Shown piece after piece: positions 10,101-18,878 of a stretch of 34,246 nt of DNA (the stretch's first letter is position 1; every line of letters starts with the position of its first letter). Source of the DNA: Muribaculaceae bacterium (GTDB taxonomy: Bacteria > Bacteroidota > Bacteroidia > Bacteroidales > Muribaculaceae); assembly GCA_051871715.1 (NCBI GenBank), contig JBJEDD010000068.1:13912-48157 (forward strand), given 5' to 3'. Position numbers and translations under genes: made by a program. The notes under the pieces were generated by a model. The model saw only the letters and a program-made list of their open reading frames with translations. It did no database searches and was not told the origin of the DNA.

Positions 10101-10256
10101 GATACCGGCACCATTGGCCGCGCAACGCACCGAAGCGCCAATCAGCGGCTCGCCGTCAGATTCTGAAAGGATGACACCCTTGACCGTGATGTCCTCGGCA
10201 TGGGCGACAACAGCAATCAGAAAAAGCAGAATCGTACTAATGATTGTTTTTTTCAT
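7161..10256 (-). CDS. susC: SusC/RagA-family TonB-dependent transporter
   Basis: N-terminal [16 protein letters not shown] domain; plug motif PLYIIDG...[42 protein letters not shown], KWETT; C-terminal Phe. Confidence 0.96.
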   Translation of the reverse strand: [1031 protein letters not shown]

Positions 10257-10291
10257 GCTATTTTAGGTTAGTTAGTAAAATTTTTCTGCCG

Positions 10292-10299
10292 CAAAGGTA
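10292..10299 (-). promoter_or_regulatory. -7 promoter element for the susC operon
   Basis: The + strand CAAAGGTA reads TACCTTTG on the - strand, 35 nt upstream of the susC ATG. Confidence 0.7.
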
Positions 10300-10341
10300 T
10301 AATAAGATGTAGCGCCACATTATAAATAATGGTGCAAAGGA

Positions 10342-10396
10342 TATAAAAAATCGGTAGATGCAGAAAAAGTAGCAGAAAAAGCCGAAAAATTCGGTA
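10342..10396 (-). promoter_or_regulatory. Candidate HTCS operator upstream of susC
   Basis: The - strand reads AATTTTTCGGC-N30-TTTTTTATA, the same sequence and spacing as at 13238-13287; also an AAAAA(A/T)TCGGTA direct repeat at 10345 and 10385. Confidence 0.5.
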
Positions 10397-13165
10397 TTAT
10401 TCGGGCTTGTTGGCGAGATTTTCGCGTAGTTCGGTAGGAGTTTCACCGAATGCGCTGCGATAGCACTTGGTGAAATAAGCGGGCGAGGAGAAGCCTACCT
10501 CATAAGCAATTTCGGAGATAGTCTTATCAGTTGATAAGAGCAATCGACGCGCGTGCTTGAGGCGCAAGCGGCGGATCAACTCGACAGGTGTGTAATTGGT
10601 GAGCGACTTAATCTTGCGGTAGAATTGCGAATGCCCAAGTCCCATCTGAGAGGCGATATTTTCGATATTGAGGTCTTGGTTGGCTATTTCGCGATTGAAA
10701 ATTTCGATGAAACGGTTGTAGAATTCGTTGTCGAGGTCGACCTGCCCTACGGCAACGGCGGGAGTGGCAGGGCGCTGAGTCGTGGCTGTAACGAGAGATG
10801 GGTCGGCACCGGCATAAATATCGCGGATGCGCTTGCGGTTGTCGATGAGGTTGCGGCACCGCGCCTCGATAAGTTCGGCGCTGAAAGGCTTGGAGAGGTA
10901 ACTGTCGGCGCCGCAGTTGTAGCCCTCGATGCGCTTGCTATCCATAGCGCAAGCGGTGAGGATGAGCACGGGGATGTGAGAGGTGGTGACTTCTTCCTTG
11001 AGGCGCTTGCAACATTCCAAGCCGTCCATCACGGGCATCATGATGTCACATATAATAATATCGGGGACGAGGCGCATGGCTTTGGCAAGACCCTCCTTGC
11101 CGTTTACAGCGGTATGGATATCGTACTTATCGGCGAGCAACTCTGTGATTAGCAGGCGTATATCGGGGTTGTCATCAACGACGAGCAAGCAAGGCTTGTC
11201 GTCATCGGGATTGGTATAAGGTGTATCAATCAGGTCATTAGCAGAGATTTGCGCCAATTCGCCTTGGACATCTTCTTGAGTGATAAGCGCTTCGGGGACC
11301 ACAGCAGTGGCGCCCTCGATGTGCTTGACAGGGATGGTGAATGTGAATACCGAGCCCTTGCCGGGGACGCTCTGCGCCTCGATGGTGCCGCCGTGTAATT
11401 CCACGAAGGACTTGACCAGTGTCAAACCAATACCCGTACCCTGTGCATGCACCGAGTCGGATTGATAGAAGCGCTCGAAGATATTGGCAAGATCTTCCTC
11501 GGAGATACCGATGCCGGTATCGGAGATGCTGACGCGGAGCATATCATCATCGAGCGAGGTCGCGATAGTGATAGAGCCGTTATCCGGGGTGAACTTGACA
11601 GCGTTGCCGATGAGGTTGAAGAATATGCGTTCCATCTTCTCTGGGTCGAGCGCGAGGGATATACAAGCCTGAGGCTCGGGCAAGTAAGAAAGTTTGATGT
11701 CGCGGCGGGCGACCACTGCATCGAATGAGGCAATCCACTCGCGGATAGCAGCATCGAGGTTGGTCTCAACGAGGTTGAGGGTGAGTTTGTCATTCTCGTA
11801 CTTGCGGAAGTCAAGAATCTGATTGATAAGGCGATGCAGGATTTTGACATTCTTATCGGCGAGACGAGCAAGGACCGCCTGTTGAGGGGTGAGATTGGGA
11901 GCGGAAGCGAGACGAGCGACGGGCTCGGCGATAAGGGTGAGCGGAGTGCGCAAATCGTGCGACACATTAGTATAGAAGGTTAACTTGGCTTGCATCGCCT
12001 CGGCGAGTTGCTCGTTGAGGCGTTTTTGCTCCTCACCTTGCTGTTGCAAGAGTTCATTTTTGCGTAGGAGTACTGCTTGGTGGCGCTTGCGTTGCCAATA
12101 AGCACGAAGCAAAAGGAAAAGTGTCAAGCACACCAATACCAAGATGACAATTGCGGCATAAAACAGAGACGTCTGCGCCGAATGGGCGTGCCAGTAGGCA
12201 TCGAGGCTATGCTTGAGTTCCTTCATCTTGGTTGTTTCTTGCTTGAGAGACTCGTTTTGTCGCAGCAAAATATCGGCGTTGGAGAGGTTGACAGGTGAGG
12301 ACAGGGGCAAGGTGATTTCGCGACTGAATGACTCGCCTTTAAGGATTTTTAAGGCTTCCTTAATAAGGAGATTTCCCTCGGTGGGATAAAGGAAAGTAGC
12401 ATCAATGACCCCGTCGGCAACGGCTTGGATACCAATCTCCGGGGCGGCATCGATGCCAAGGATTTTAATTTTATTTAACCCCTTGGCCTTCGCCACATTT
12501 GAGGCAGCGATAGCCATACGGTCGTTGTGGGCATAAACGAGGTCGACATCCGGGAAAATATTCAATAAAGAGTCGGCAACATGTGCGGCATCCTCGTAAT
12601 TCCAGTTGCCAAATCCGCCGCCGCAAATAACTCCTGAACCGCGAGTAAATACCTCGTCGAAGCCCCCGCGTCGTCCATCGGTGGGCGAGGAGCCTTCCAA
12701 GCCATAAATCTCAATAGCAGTGGGAGTTTGGTCCAGGATAGAGAGGGCATAACGCCCAGCCATGCGCCCGATTTCGGCATTGTCGGTGTGAATGCGCGAG
12801 GTGTAGCAATCGCTGTTAATGTCGCGGTCGAAGATGATGACCGGCATACCTTGATTATACACATCTTCTATAATAGGGGTGATGGCATCAGCCTCGCGAG
12901 GAGCAACAATGATGATGTCGAAGCCGTTGTCGGCAAAATACCGGATATCGGCGATTTGCTTGTCATTGCTATCCTCGGCAGAGCGTATCTCGACGGTGAC
13001 GTCTTGGTGGAACATCACTTCGCGAAGGATCTCGTCGTTGCACTTGGAGCGCCAGTCGTCAGAACTGCACTGGGAGACACCGATTTTGTAGACCTTATCG
13101 CTGTCGCAAGAGGTATATATAGAGAGAAAGAGAGCACAAACTATGAGCAGCAGGGTGTTCTTCAT
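10397..13165 (-). CDS. Hybrid two-component sensor/regulator, BT1754-like (periplasmic sugar-binding domain, HisKA, HATPase, receiver, AraC HTH)
   Basis: Start placed at ATG 13165 (MKNTLLLIVC), downstream of a -7 element; IGVSQCSSDDWR sugar-binding domain, one TM helix, NVSHDLRTPLTLI, NLIGNAVKFT, GTGIGL, VVDDN...ICDIMMPVMDG, ISEIAYEVGFSSPAYF. Confidence 0.93.
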   Translation of the reverse strand: MKNTLLLIVCALFLSIYTSCDSDKVYKIGVSQCSSDDWRSKCNDEILREVMFHQDVTVEIRSAEDSNDKQIADIRYFADNGFDIIIVAPREADAITPIIEDVYNQGMPVIIFDRDINSDCYTSRIHTDNAEIGRMAGRYALSILDQTPTAIEIYGLEGSSPTDGRRGGFDEVFTRGSGVICGGGFGNWNYEDAAHVADSLLNIFPDVDLVYAHNDRMAIAASNVAKAKGLNKIKILGIDAAPEIGIQAVADGVIDATFLYPTEGNLLIKEALKILKGESFSREITLPLSSPVNLSNADILLRQNESLKQETTKMKELKHSLDAYWHAHSAQTSLFYAAIVILVLVCLTLFLLLRAYWQRKRHQAVLLRKNELLQQQGEEQKRLNEQLAEAMQAKLTFYTNVSHDLRTPLTLIAEPVARLASAPNLTPQQAVLARLADKNVKILHRLINQILDFRKYENDKLTLNLVETNLDAAIREWIASFDAVVARRDIKLSYLPEPQACISLALDPEKMERIFFNLIGNAVKFTPDNGSITIATSLDDDMLRVSISDTGIGISEEDLANIFERFYQSDSVHAQGTGIGLTLVKSFVELHGGTIEAQSVPGKGSVFTFTIPVKHIEGATAVVPEALITQEDVQGELAQISANDLIDTPYTNPDDDKPCLLVVDDNPDIRLLITELLADKYDIHTAVNGKEGLAKAMRLVPDIIICDIMMPVMDGLECCKRLKEEVTTSHIPVLILTACAMDSKRIEGYNCGADSYLSKPFSAELIEARCRNLIDNRKRIRDIYAGADPSLVTATTQRPATPAVAVGQVDLDNEFYNRFIEIFNREIANQDLNIENIASQMGLGHSQFYRKIKSLTNYTPVELIRRLRLKHARRLLLSTDKTISEIAYEVGFSSPAYFTKCYRSAFGETPTELRENLANKPE

Positions 13166-13194
13166 GGATTGTAGGGTTGAATAAAAATTATTGG

Positions 13195-13202
13195 CAAAGG
13201 TA
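13195..13202 (-). promoter_or_regulatory. -7 promoter element for the HTCS gene
   Basis: The + strand CAAAGGTA reads TACCTTTG on the - strand, 29 nt upstream of ATG 13165. Confidence 0.7.
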
Positions 13203-13237
13203 ATGATTTTGTAAATAAATATTTTGAATTTCGTTGT

Positions 13238-13287
13238 AATTTTTCGGCAATGACGAAAAAATACCACCATTTGCAGACTTTTTTATA
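13238..13287 (+). promoter_or_regulatory. Candidate HTCS operator upstream of the GH32-permease-fructokinase operon
   Basis: AATTTTTCGGC (13238-13248), 30 nt, TTTTTTATA (13279-13287); matches the susC upstream element in sequence, spacing and orientation. Confidence 0.5.
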
Positions 13288-13309
13288 ACAGCATAGTCCT
13301 AATAATTAG

Positions 13310-13317
13310 TAGTTTTG
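13310..13317 (+). promoter_or_regulatory. -7 promoter element for the GH32 operon
   Basis: TAGTTTTG, 31 nt upstream of ATG 13349. Confidence 0.6.
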
Positions 13318-13348
13318 CAATGCGAAACGAAAAAACAATCTATTATCG

Positions 13349-15169
13349 ATGAAAAAACCAATAACATTAATAGCCATAGCGAGCGGCATCGCACTGAGCG
13401 CCGCGGCAGCCGAGATAGAGGTGAACCATCTCGGCACCAACAATACTATGGTGCGCATCGACAGCGAGAAGCATTATTTGCTGATGCCGGTGCAAGAGAG
13501 TACCGATGATGACCGCATCGAAGTCATCGTTGACGGTAAGATAGACCAAGTGATATATGTGCGACTTGCCAAGCAGCGAGTCGACTTCAGCGTGCCGTTT
13601 GACTTGTCGCAATATGGAGGCAAGCCGGTGTTGCTGAATATAATTACGTCGCAGAGCCGCTCGTCGGTGCGCGAAGTGAGCAACGATGCCTGCTGGCACA
13701 AATTGGTGGTGAGTGATACCTTTGACACCACCAATCGCGAGGCATATCGCCCGGCATATCACCACACACCGCTATACGGATGGATGAACGACCCCAACGG
13801 CTTGTTCTACAAAGATGGTGTGTGGCACCTATACTATCAGTGGAATCCCTATGGCTCCAAGTGGCAAAATATGAACTGGGGACACTCCACGTCGACCGAT
13901 CTCATCAATTGGGAGCACTGCCCGACAGCCATTGCTCCCGACGCAATAGGAACAATTTTCTCAGGTAATTCAGTTGTCGACCACGACAACACGGCAGGCT
14001 ATGGCAGTGATGCCGTAGTATCGTACTACACATCGTGTGGAGTGAGTCAGGTGCAGAGCATGGCATACAGCCTCGATGGTGGCTATACGTTCACAAAATA
14101 CGCAGGCAACCCGGCAATCACCCTTGACAGCGAGGCTCGCGACCCCAATATCGTGCGCTACGAGCCTACGGGCGAGTGGGTGCTTGCCTTGGCTCATGCG
14201 CTCGAGCGCGAAATACTGTTCTACACATCAACTGACCTTAAGCATTGGACCCTGCGCAGTTCATTCGGCAAGGGACTGGGTTGCCAGGATGGTGTGTGGG
14301 AGTGCCCCGACCTCTTTGAATTGCCCGTGGAAGGTAGCGACACATCCAAGTGGGTGTTGCTCGTGAATATCAATCCCGGCTGCCCCTTCGGCGGTAGCGC
14401 CACACAATACTTTGTTGGTGACTTCGACGGCAAGACCTTCACAGCCGATGCCGATACCACCGGTGTGGTGCCCACCAAGTGGATGGACTATGGCAAGGAC
14501 CACTATGCCACAGTCAGCATTTTTGACGCACCCGATAATCGGCGTGTGGTGCTGGGGTGGATGAGCAACTGGCAATATGCCGCTGAGGTGCCCACTGTGC
14601 AATATCGCTCGGCAAACACACTGCCTCGCGATGTACGCCTGTTCAAGGGCGACGACGGGCAATTGTATCTTGCAAGCGCAGCCTCGCCCGAGGTCGACGC
14701 TCTGCGCGGAGCCGTAGTGAGCCGCTGCGGGCACAAGCGTCTCAGCAACAAAGCACGCACCTTCCTCTTACCAAATACCAACGCAGGCATCTGCGAAATT
14801 CAAGTAGACCTCAAGGCACAAGCCGGAGCACAAGCCATCTTATCACTGCAAAACGAAAAAGGCGAGAAAGTAGACATTGTTTATAATAAAGACCTCAAGA
14901 CGCTGAGTGTCGACCGTCGCAATAGCGGCATCGTGGACTTCAGCCAAGACTTCACCTGTGTGACTACCGCACCTCTGCACGCTGATAGCGAAGTATTGTC
15001 GCTCCGCGTCTTTGTCGACCGCTCGTCGATTGAGGTATTTGCCAACGATGGCGAGGCGGTGCTCACCAACATCGTATTCCCCACAACACCCTACACTACT
15101 ATCAGCGCCACTGCAAGCGGCAAAGCCGAGATCAATTCACTGAAAGTATACTCCATAAACGCTAAATAA
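13349..15169 (+). CDS. GH32 beta-fructofuranosidase/exo-fructanase (periplasmic, DUF4980-like N-domain)
   Basis: Signal peptide; canonical WMNDPNG, WGH, FSG, RDP and WECPD motifs; C-terminal FVDRSSIEVF beta-sandwich. Confidence 0.93.
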   Translation: MKKPITLIAIASGIALSAAAAEIEVNHLGTNNTMVRIDSEKHYLLMPVQESTDDDRIEVIVDGKIDQVIYVRLAKQRVDFSVPFDLSQYGGKPVLLNIITSQSRSSVREVSNDACWHKLVVSDTFDTTNREAYRPAYHHTPLYGWMNDPNGLFYKDGVWHLYYQWNPYGSKWQNMNWGHSTSTDLINWEHCPTAIAPDAIGTIFSGNSVVDHDNTAGYGSDAVVSYYTSCGVSQVQSMAYSLDGGYTFTKYAGNPAITLDSEARDPNIVRYEPTGEWVLALAHALEREILFYTSTDLKHWTLRSSFGKGLGCQDGVWECPDLFELPVEGSDTSKWVLLVNINPGCPFGGSATQYFVGDFDGKTFTADADTTGVVPTKWMDYGKDHYATVSIFDAPDNRRVVLGWMSNWQYAAEVPTVQYRSANTLPRDVRLFKGDDGQLYLASAASPEVDALRGAVVSRCGHKRLSNKARTFLLPNTNAGICEIQVDLKAQAGAQAILSLQNEKGEKVDIVYNKDLKTLSVDRRNSGIVDFSQDFTCVTTAPLHADSEVLSLRVFVDRSSIEVFANDGEAVLTNIVFPTTPYTTISATASGKAEINSLKVYSINAK

Positions 15170-15177
15170 AAATCTCC

Positions 15178-16362
15178 ATGACAAACAACCAACAAGCCGG
15201 CGGTCACAAGACGACGTTGCTGCAGTTTATCCCTGTGATGCTCTGCTTCTTTGCAATGGGATTTGTAGACTTGGTAGGCACAGCATCCAATTATGTACAG
15301 AAAGATTTGTCGCTGACAGATACCGAGGCAAATCTGTTCCCCTCATTAGTATTCTTTTGGTTTTTGATATTCGCCGTGCCGACCGGCATGTTGATGAACA
15401 AGATAGGTCGCAAGCGCACGGTGCTCATCTCGCTGGTAGTGACAGCCTTGTCTCTTGTAATCCCCTTGACAGGCAATGACTACTACACTATGTTAATAGC
15501 CTTCTCGCTGCTGGGCATCGGCAATGCAATCATGCAGACATCACTCAATCCCTTGGTAACCAATCTCATCAGCGGAGACAAATTGGCGTCGACTCTCACA
15601 TTCGGGCAGTTTGTCAAGGCGATAGCCTCGTTCTTGGCTCCAATCATTGCCGCCTGGGCAGCGACAACGATGATGCCCACCTTCGGCTTGGGTTGGCGAG
15701 CCCTGTTCGGCATCTTCGCCATCGTGAGCCTGCTGTCGATTGCGGCTCTTGCAGCCACTCCCATTGAGGAGGATAAGCCCGACAAGGCATCGAGCGTGCT
15801 GGATTGCTTGAAACTGCTGGGGCGCCCGTTCGTCTTGCTATGCTTCATCGGCATAATGTGCCACGTGGGCATCGATGTAGGTACCAACGCCACCGCGCCC
15901 AAGATTATGGTGGAGCGCCTGGGCTTGACTGTTGAAGAAGCCACCTTTGCTACCGGTGTGTACTTCATCTTCCGCACCGTGGGCTGCTTCCTCGGCTCGT
16001 TCATCTTGCGCTACATTTCTTCACGCATATTCTTTGCCGTGAGCGTGGCAATAATGCTTGTTGCAATGGTTCTGCTGTACTTCGGCGACACAATGCCTAT
16101 ATTGTACACCGGTGTAGCAATGGTGGGCTTCGGCAACTCCAACATCTTCCCCATCATCTTCTCGCAAGCCTTGCTGTCATCGCCCAAGGAGCAGAACGAG
16201 GTGTCGGGCTTGATGATTATGGGTCTCTTTGGCGGCACAATTTTCCCCTTGGCAATGGGAGCCGCCTCGGATGCCATCGGTCAGATAGGCTCAGTGGCTG
16301 TAATGGCTGTGGGCGTCATCTACCTCTTTATCTATATGCCTAAAATTCAAGAACATAAATAA
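15178..16362 (+). CDS. MFS sugar permease (fructose importer, BT1758-like)
   Basis: About 12 hydrophobic segments; GMLMNKIGRK MFS motif A; lies between GH32 and fructokinase. Confidence 0.88.
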   Translation: MTNNQQAGGHKTTLLQFIPVMLCFFAMGFVDLVGTASNYVQKDLSLTDTEANLFPSLVFFWFLIFAVPTGMLMNKIGRKRTVLISLVVTALSLVIPLTGNDYYTMLIAFSLLGIGNAIMQTSLNPLVTNLISGDKLASTLTFGQFVKAIASFLAPIIAAWAATTMMPTFGLGWRALFGIFAIVSLLSIAALAATPIEEDKPDKASSVLDCLKLLGRPFVLLCFIGIMCHVGIDVGTNATAPKIMVERLGLTVEEATFATGVYFIFRTVGCFLGSFILRYISSRIFFAVSVAIMLVAMVLLYFGDTMPILYTGVAMVGFGNSNIFPIIFSQALLSSPKEQNEVSGLMIMGLFGGTIFPLAMGAASDAIGQIGSVAVMAVGVIYLFIYMPKIQEHK

Positions 16363-16383
16363 AAAACCTAAAACCGCACGACC

Positions 16384-17265
16384 ATGAATGATATCGTAAT
16401 AGGAATGGGCGAAGCCCTGTGGGACGTCCTCCCCGAAGGAAAGAAAATCGGTGGCGCACCCGCCAACTTTGCATACCATGTATCTCAATTCGGCTTGCCG
16501 AGTTGCGTAGTGAGCGCCGTAGGCGACGATGCCTTAGGTGCCGAAATAATTGAGAATTTCACATCCAAAGGTCTTAACCAACTGATAGAGAAGGTGCCCT
16601 ATCCTACCGGCACCGTGCAAATAGAAATCGACCAAGCCGGTATCCCGCAATACGAAATAAAGGAAAATGTGGCATGGGACAACATTCCCTACACCGCACG
16701 TCTCGAGCAACTCGCCGAGCGCACCAAGGCTGTGTGCTTCGGGTCGCTCGCCCAGCGCAATGTGGTGTCGCGCAACACCATCAATCGCTTTCTCGATGCC
16801 ATGCCTGCCGACAACGACCGCTTCGTGATATTTGATGTCAACCTGCGCCAAGGCTTCTATAACAAAGAAATATTGTGCAACTCTATGGAGCGATGCAACA
16901 TATTGAAAATCAACGATGAGGAGTTGATTACCGTGAGCCGCCTCTTCGGCTATCCGGGCATAGACTTGCAAGACAAGTGCTGGATCTTGCTGGGCAAGTA
17001 CAACTTGAAGATGCTCATCCTCACCTGCGGCATCAACGGCTCGTATGTTTTCACCCCGGGACACGTATCCTTCCGCCCCACCCCCAAGGTAGACGTTGTG
17101 GATACCGTGGGCGCCGGCGACTCGTTCACCGCAGCGTTCATCGCCGGCATCATCAAGGGCAAGAGCGTCGCCGAGGCACACCAACGCGCTGTCGACGTTG
17201 CAGCCTTCGTGTGCAAGCACAAAGGCGCAATGCCCATCCTTCCCGCTGAATTAGTTGAATGTTGA
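16384..17265 (+). CDS. PfkB-family carbohydrate kinase (fructokinase)
   Basis: GGAPANFA, VGDD.LG, FDVNLR, LKINDEE and DTVGAGDSF PfkB signatures; fructan-locus context. Confidence 0.92.
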   Translation: MNDIVIGMGEALWDVLPEGKKIGGAPANFAYHVSQFGLPSCVVSAVGDDALGAEIIENFTSKGLNQLIEKVPYPTGTVQIEIDQAGIPQYEIKENVAWDNIPYTARLEQLAERTKAVCFGSLAQRNVVSRNTINRFLDAMPADNDRFVIFDVNLRQGFYNKEILCNSMERCNILKINDEELITVSRLFGYPGIDLQDKCWILLGKYNLKMLILTCGINGSYVFTPGHVSFRPTPKVDVVDTVGAGDSFTAAFIAGIIKGKSVAEAHQRAVDVAAFVCKHKGAMPILPAELVEC

Positions 17266-17372
17266 TATTACAGGCTATAAGATTTAATAGGTTATTAGTT
17301 TTTAAGGTCATTTGTTAGAACATCTGCAATTCTGAGGTAAGTAGGTTATAAATACTAAATGCCTGTAAACCG

Positions 17373-17405
17373 AGGTGGTCGACTGCGCCGAGCAGCCGGC
17401 CACCT
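17373..17405 (+). terminator. Probable intrinsic terminator after the fructokinase operon
   Basis: Imperfect 14-bp stem AGGTGGTCGACTGC / GCAGCCGGCCACCT followed by ATCATTTTGT. Confidence 0.45.
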
Positions 17406-17456
17406 ATCATTTTGTAAAAAAATGGCTCAAATGTAGATTTTCACAAATGTTTTAAC

Positions 17457-17464
17457 TACTTTTG
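17457..17464 (+). promoter_or_regulatory. -7 promoter element for the AlbA_2 gene
   Basis: TACTTTTG, 37 nt upstream of ATG 17502. Confidence 0.55.
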
Positions 17465-17501
17465 CAAATAATAAAAATGACAACTTAATCAAAAATCCAT
17501 A

Positions 17502-18878
17502 ATGAAGAAATTAGACATCAGAGAGAAACAAAATATTGAATTCAAGGAGTCTTGGCGCGACGAATATCTTAAATGGGTTTGTGGTTTTGCAAACGCCCAA
17601 GGAGGGAAAATATACATAGGCGTAAATGACGACCAAGAGATAATAGGGGTAAACGACACCAAACGACTTATGGAAGATATTCCCAATAAGATAGTCTCAT
17701 TATTGGGAATAGTAGCAGATATTAATCTGTATGAATCTGAAGGACTTGAATATATTGAAATAGTAGTAAATCCCAGTAACGTTCCAATCTCATATAAAGG
17801 ACAGTATCATTATCGCTCAGGCTCAACAAAGCAAGAATTAAAGGGAGTAGCTTTGCAACAATTCATTCTGAAGAAGATGGGACAGTCTTGGGATGACATG
17901 CCTGTGCCATATGCTACTATAGAGGATATCGATCGCTCAGCAATAGATTACTTTCTTCGTCTCAGTCTTGCTTCCGGACGAATCAGTGAGGATGAAACCA
18001 ATTCATCTACTGAAGATGTATTAAAAAACCTTAACTTAATCACTCCTGATGGGGGTCTAAAAAGCGCTGCTATTCTTCTATTTGGCAAACAGGTTATCAA
18101 ATTTTTTCCATCAGCGGCATTTAAAATAGGTCGTTTCCACACGGACGAAAGCGACTTAATCATTCAAGATGTTGTTGATTGCAACATCATCCAAATGGCA
18201 AGCAGAGTAATGGATGTTCTCCGTTCTCGATACTTGGTCTCGCCAATCAGCTACGAAGGAATGCAACGTATTGAAAAACTGGAGATACCGGAGAAAGCCC
18301 TAAGAGAGTTGCTCTACAATGCAATAGTACACAAACAATACTCAGGTCCGGCAATATTGATGAGAGTGTTTGACAAAAGCGTAGAAATATGGAACTACGG
18401 ATTATTGCCTGAAGAACTCACTCCCGAAGATTTAATGAAAAGACATGCTTCTTATCCACGCAATCCAAATATAGCCTCGGTTTTTTACAAAGCGGGGTTT
18501 ATTGAAACATGGGGTCGTGGATACAAAAAGATATGCGATGAGTTTGAGAAAGCAGGTATACCTGTTCCAATAGTCGAAGAGAATGGAGGTGGTGTACGTG
18601 TAACAATACAAAGGAAAGCCAATGTTAGCAATACAGCAAATAGTGGCACTGTAAATGGCACTGTAAATGGCACTGTAAAACCTGCAAAAAGGTACGAAAC
18701 AATATGCAAACTACTCAAAGACAATCCCGGAATGACAATACGAAAGATCTCAGAGGAGCTGAATATATCCCAGAGAACCATCAAAAGAGACCTTGCTAAT
18801 ATGCAGAGAAACGGCATTATTTGCAGACAGGGTAGCGACAAAACCGGTGTTTGGGTCATTCTTTCGGATGCAGAGTGA
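17502..18878 (+). CDS. Schlafen/AlbA_2 domain + RecG-C (HATPase_c_4) + C-terminal HTH protein
   Basis: EKQNIEFKESW...VCGFANAQGGKIYIGVND (AlbA_2); YRSGST; ALRELLYNAIVHKQY...RNPNIA..F...IETWGRG (HATPase_c_4); terminal HTH ISEELNISQRTIKRDL...GSDKTGVW. Confidence 0.85.
   Translation: MKKLDIREKQNIEFKESWRDEYLKWVCGFANAQGGKIYIGVNDDQEIIGVNDTKRLMEDIPNKIVSLLGIVADINLYESEGLEYIEIVVNPSNVPISYKGQYHYRSGSTKQELKGVALQQFILKKMGQSWDDMPVPYATIEDIDRSAIDYFLRLSLASGRISEDETNSSTEDVLKNLNLITPDGGLKSAAILLFGKQVIKFFPSAAFKIGRFHTDESDLIIQDVVDCNIIQMASRVMDVLRSRYLVSPISYEGMQRIEKLEIPEKALRELLYNAIVHKQYSGPAILMRVFDKSVEIWNYGLLPEELTPEDLMKRHASYPRNPNIASVFYKAGFIETWGRGYKKICDEFEKAGIPVPIVEENGGGVRVTIQRKANVSNTANSGTVNGTVNGTVKPAKRYETICKLLKDNPGMTIRKISEELNISQRTIKRDLANMQRNGIICRQGSDKTGVWVILSDAE
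18644..18679 (+). repeat. 12-bp in-frame tandem repeat, 3 copies
   Basis: (TGGCACTGTAAA)x3 encodes GTVN-GTVN-GTVK in the linker before the HTH. Confidence 0.9.

Noticed and set aside
10258-10446. 62-aa minus-strand ORF between the HTCS gene and susC (possible leader peptide)
   Set aside because: It overlaps the HTCS 3' end and is made of promoter/operator sequence; the F-rich translation reflects A-tracts.
13166-13270. 35-aa N-terminal extension of the HTCS in the ORF track
   Set aside because: It spans the HTCS -7 element and the divergent promoter region; ATG 13165 gives a normal signal-like N-terminus.
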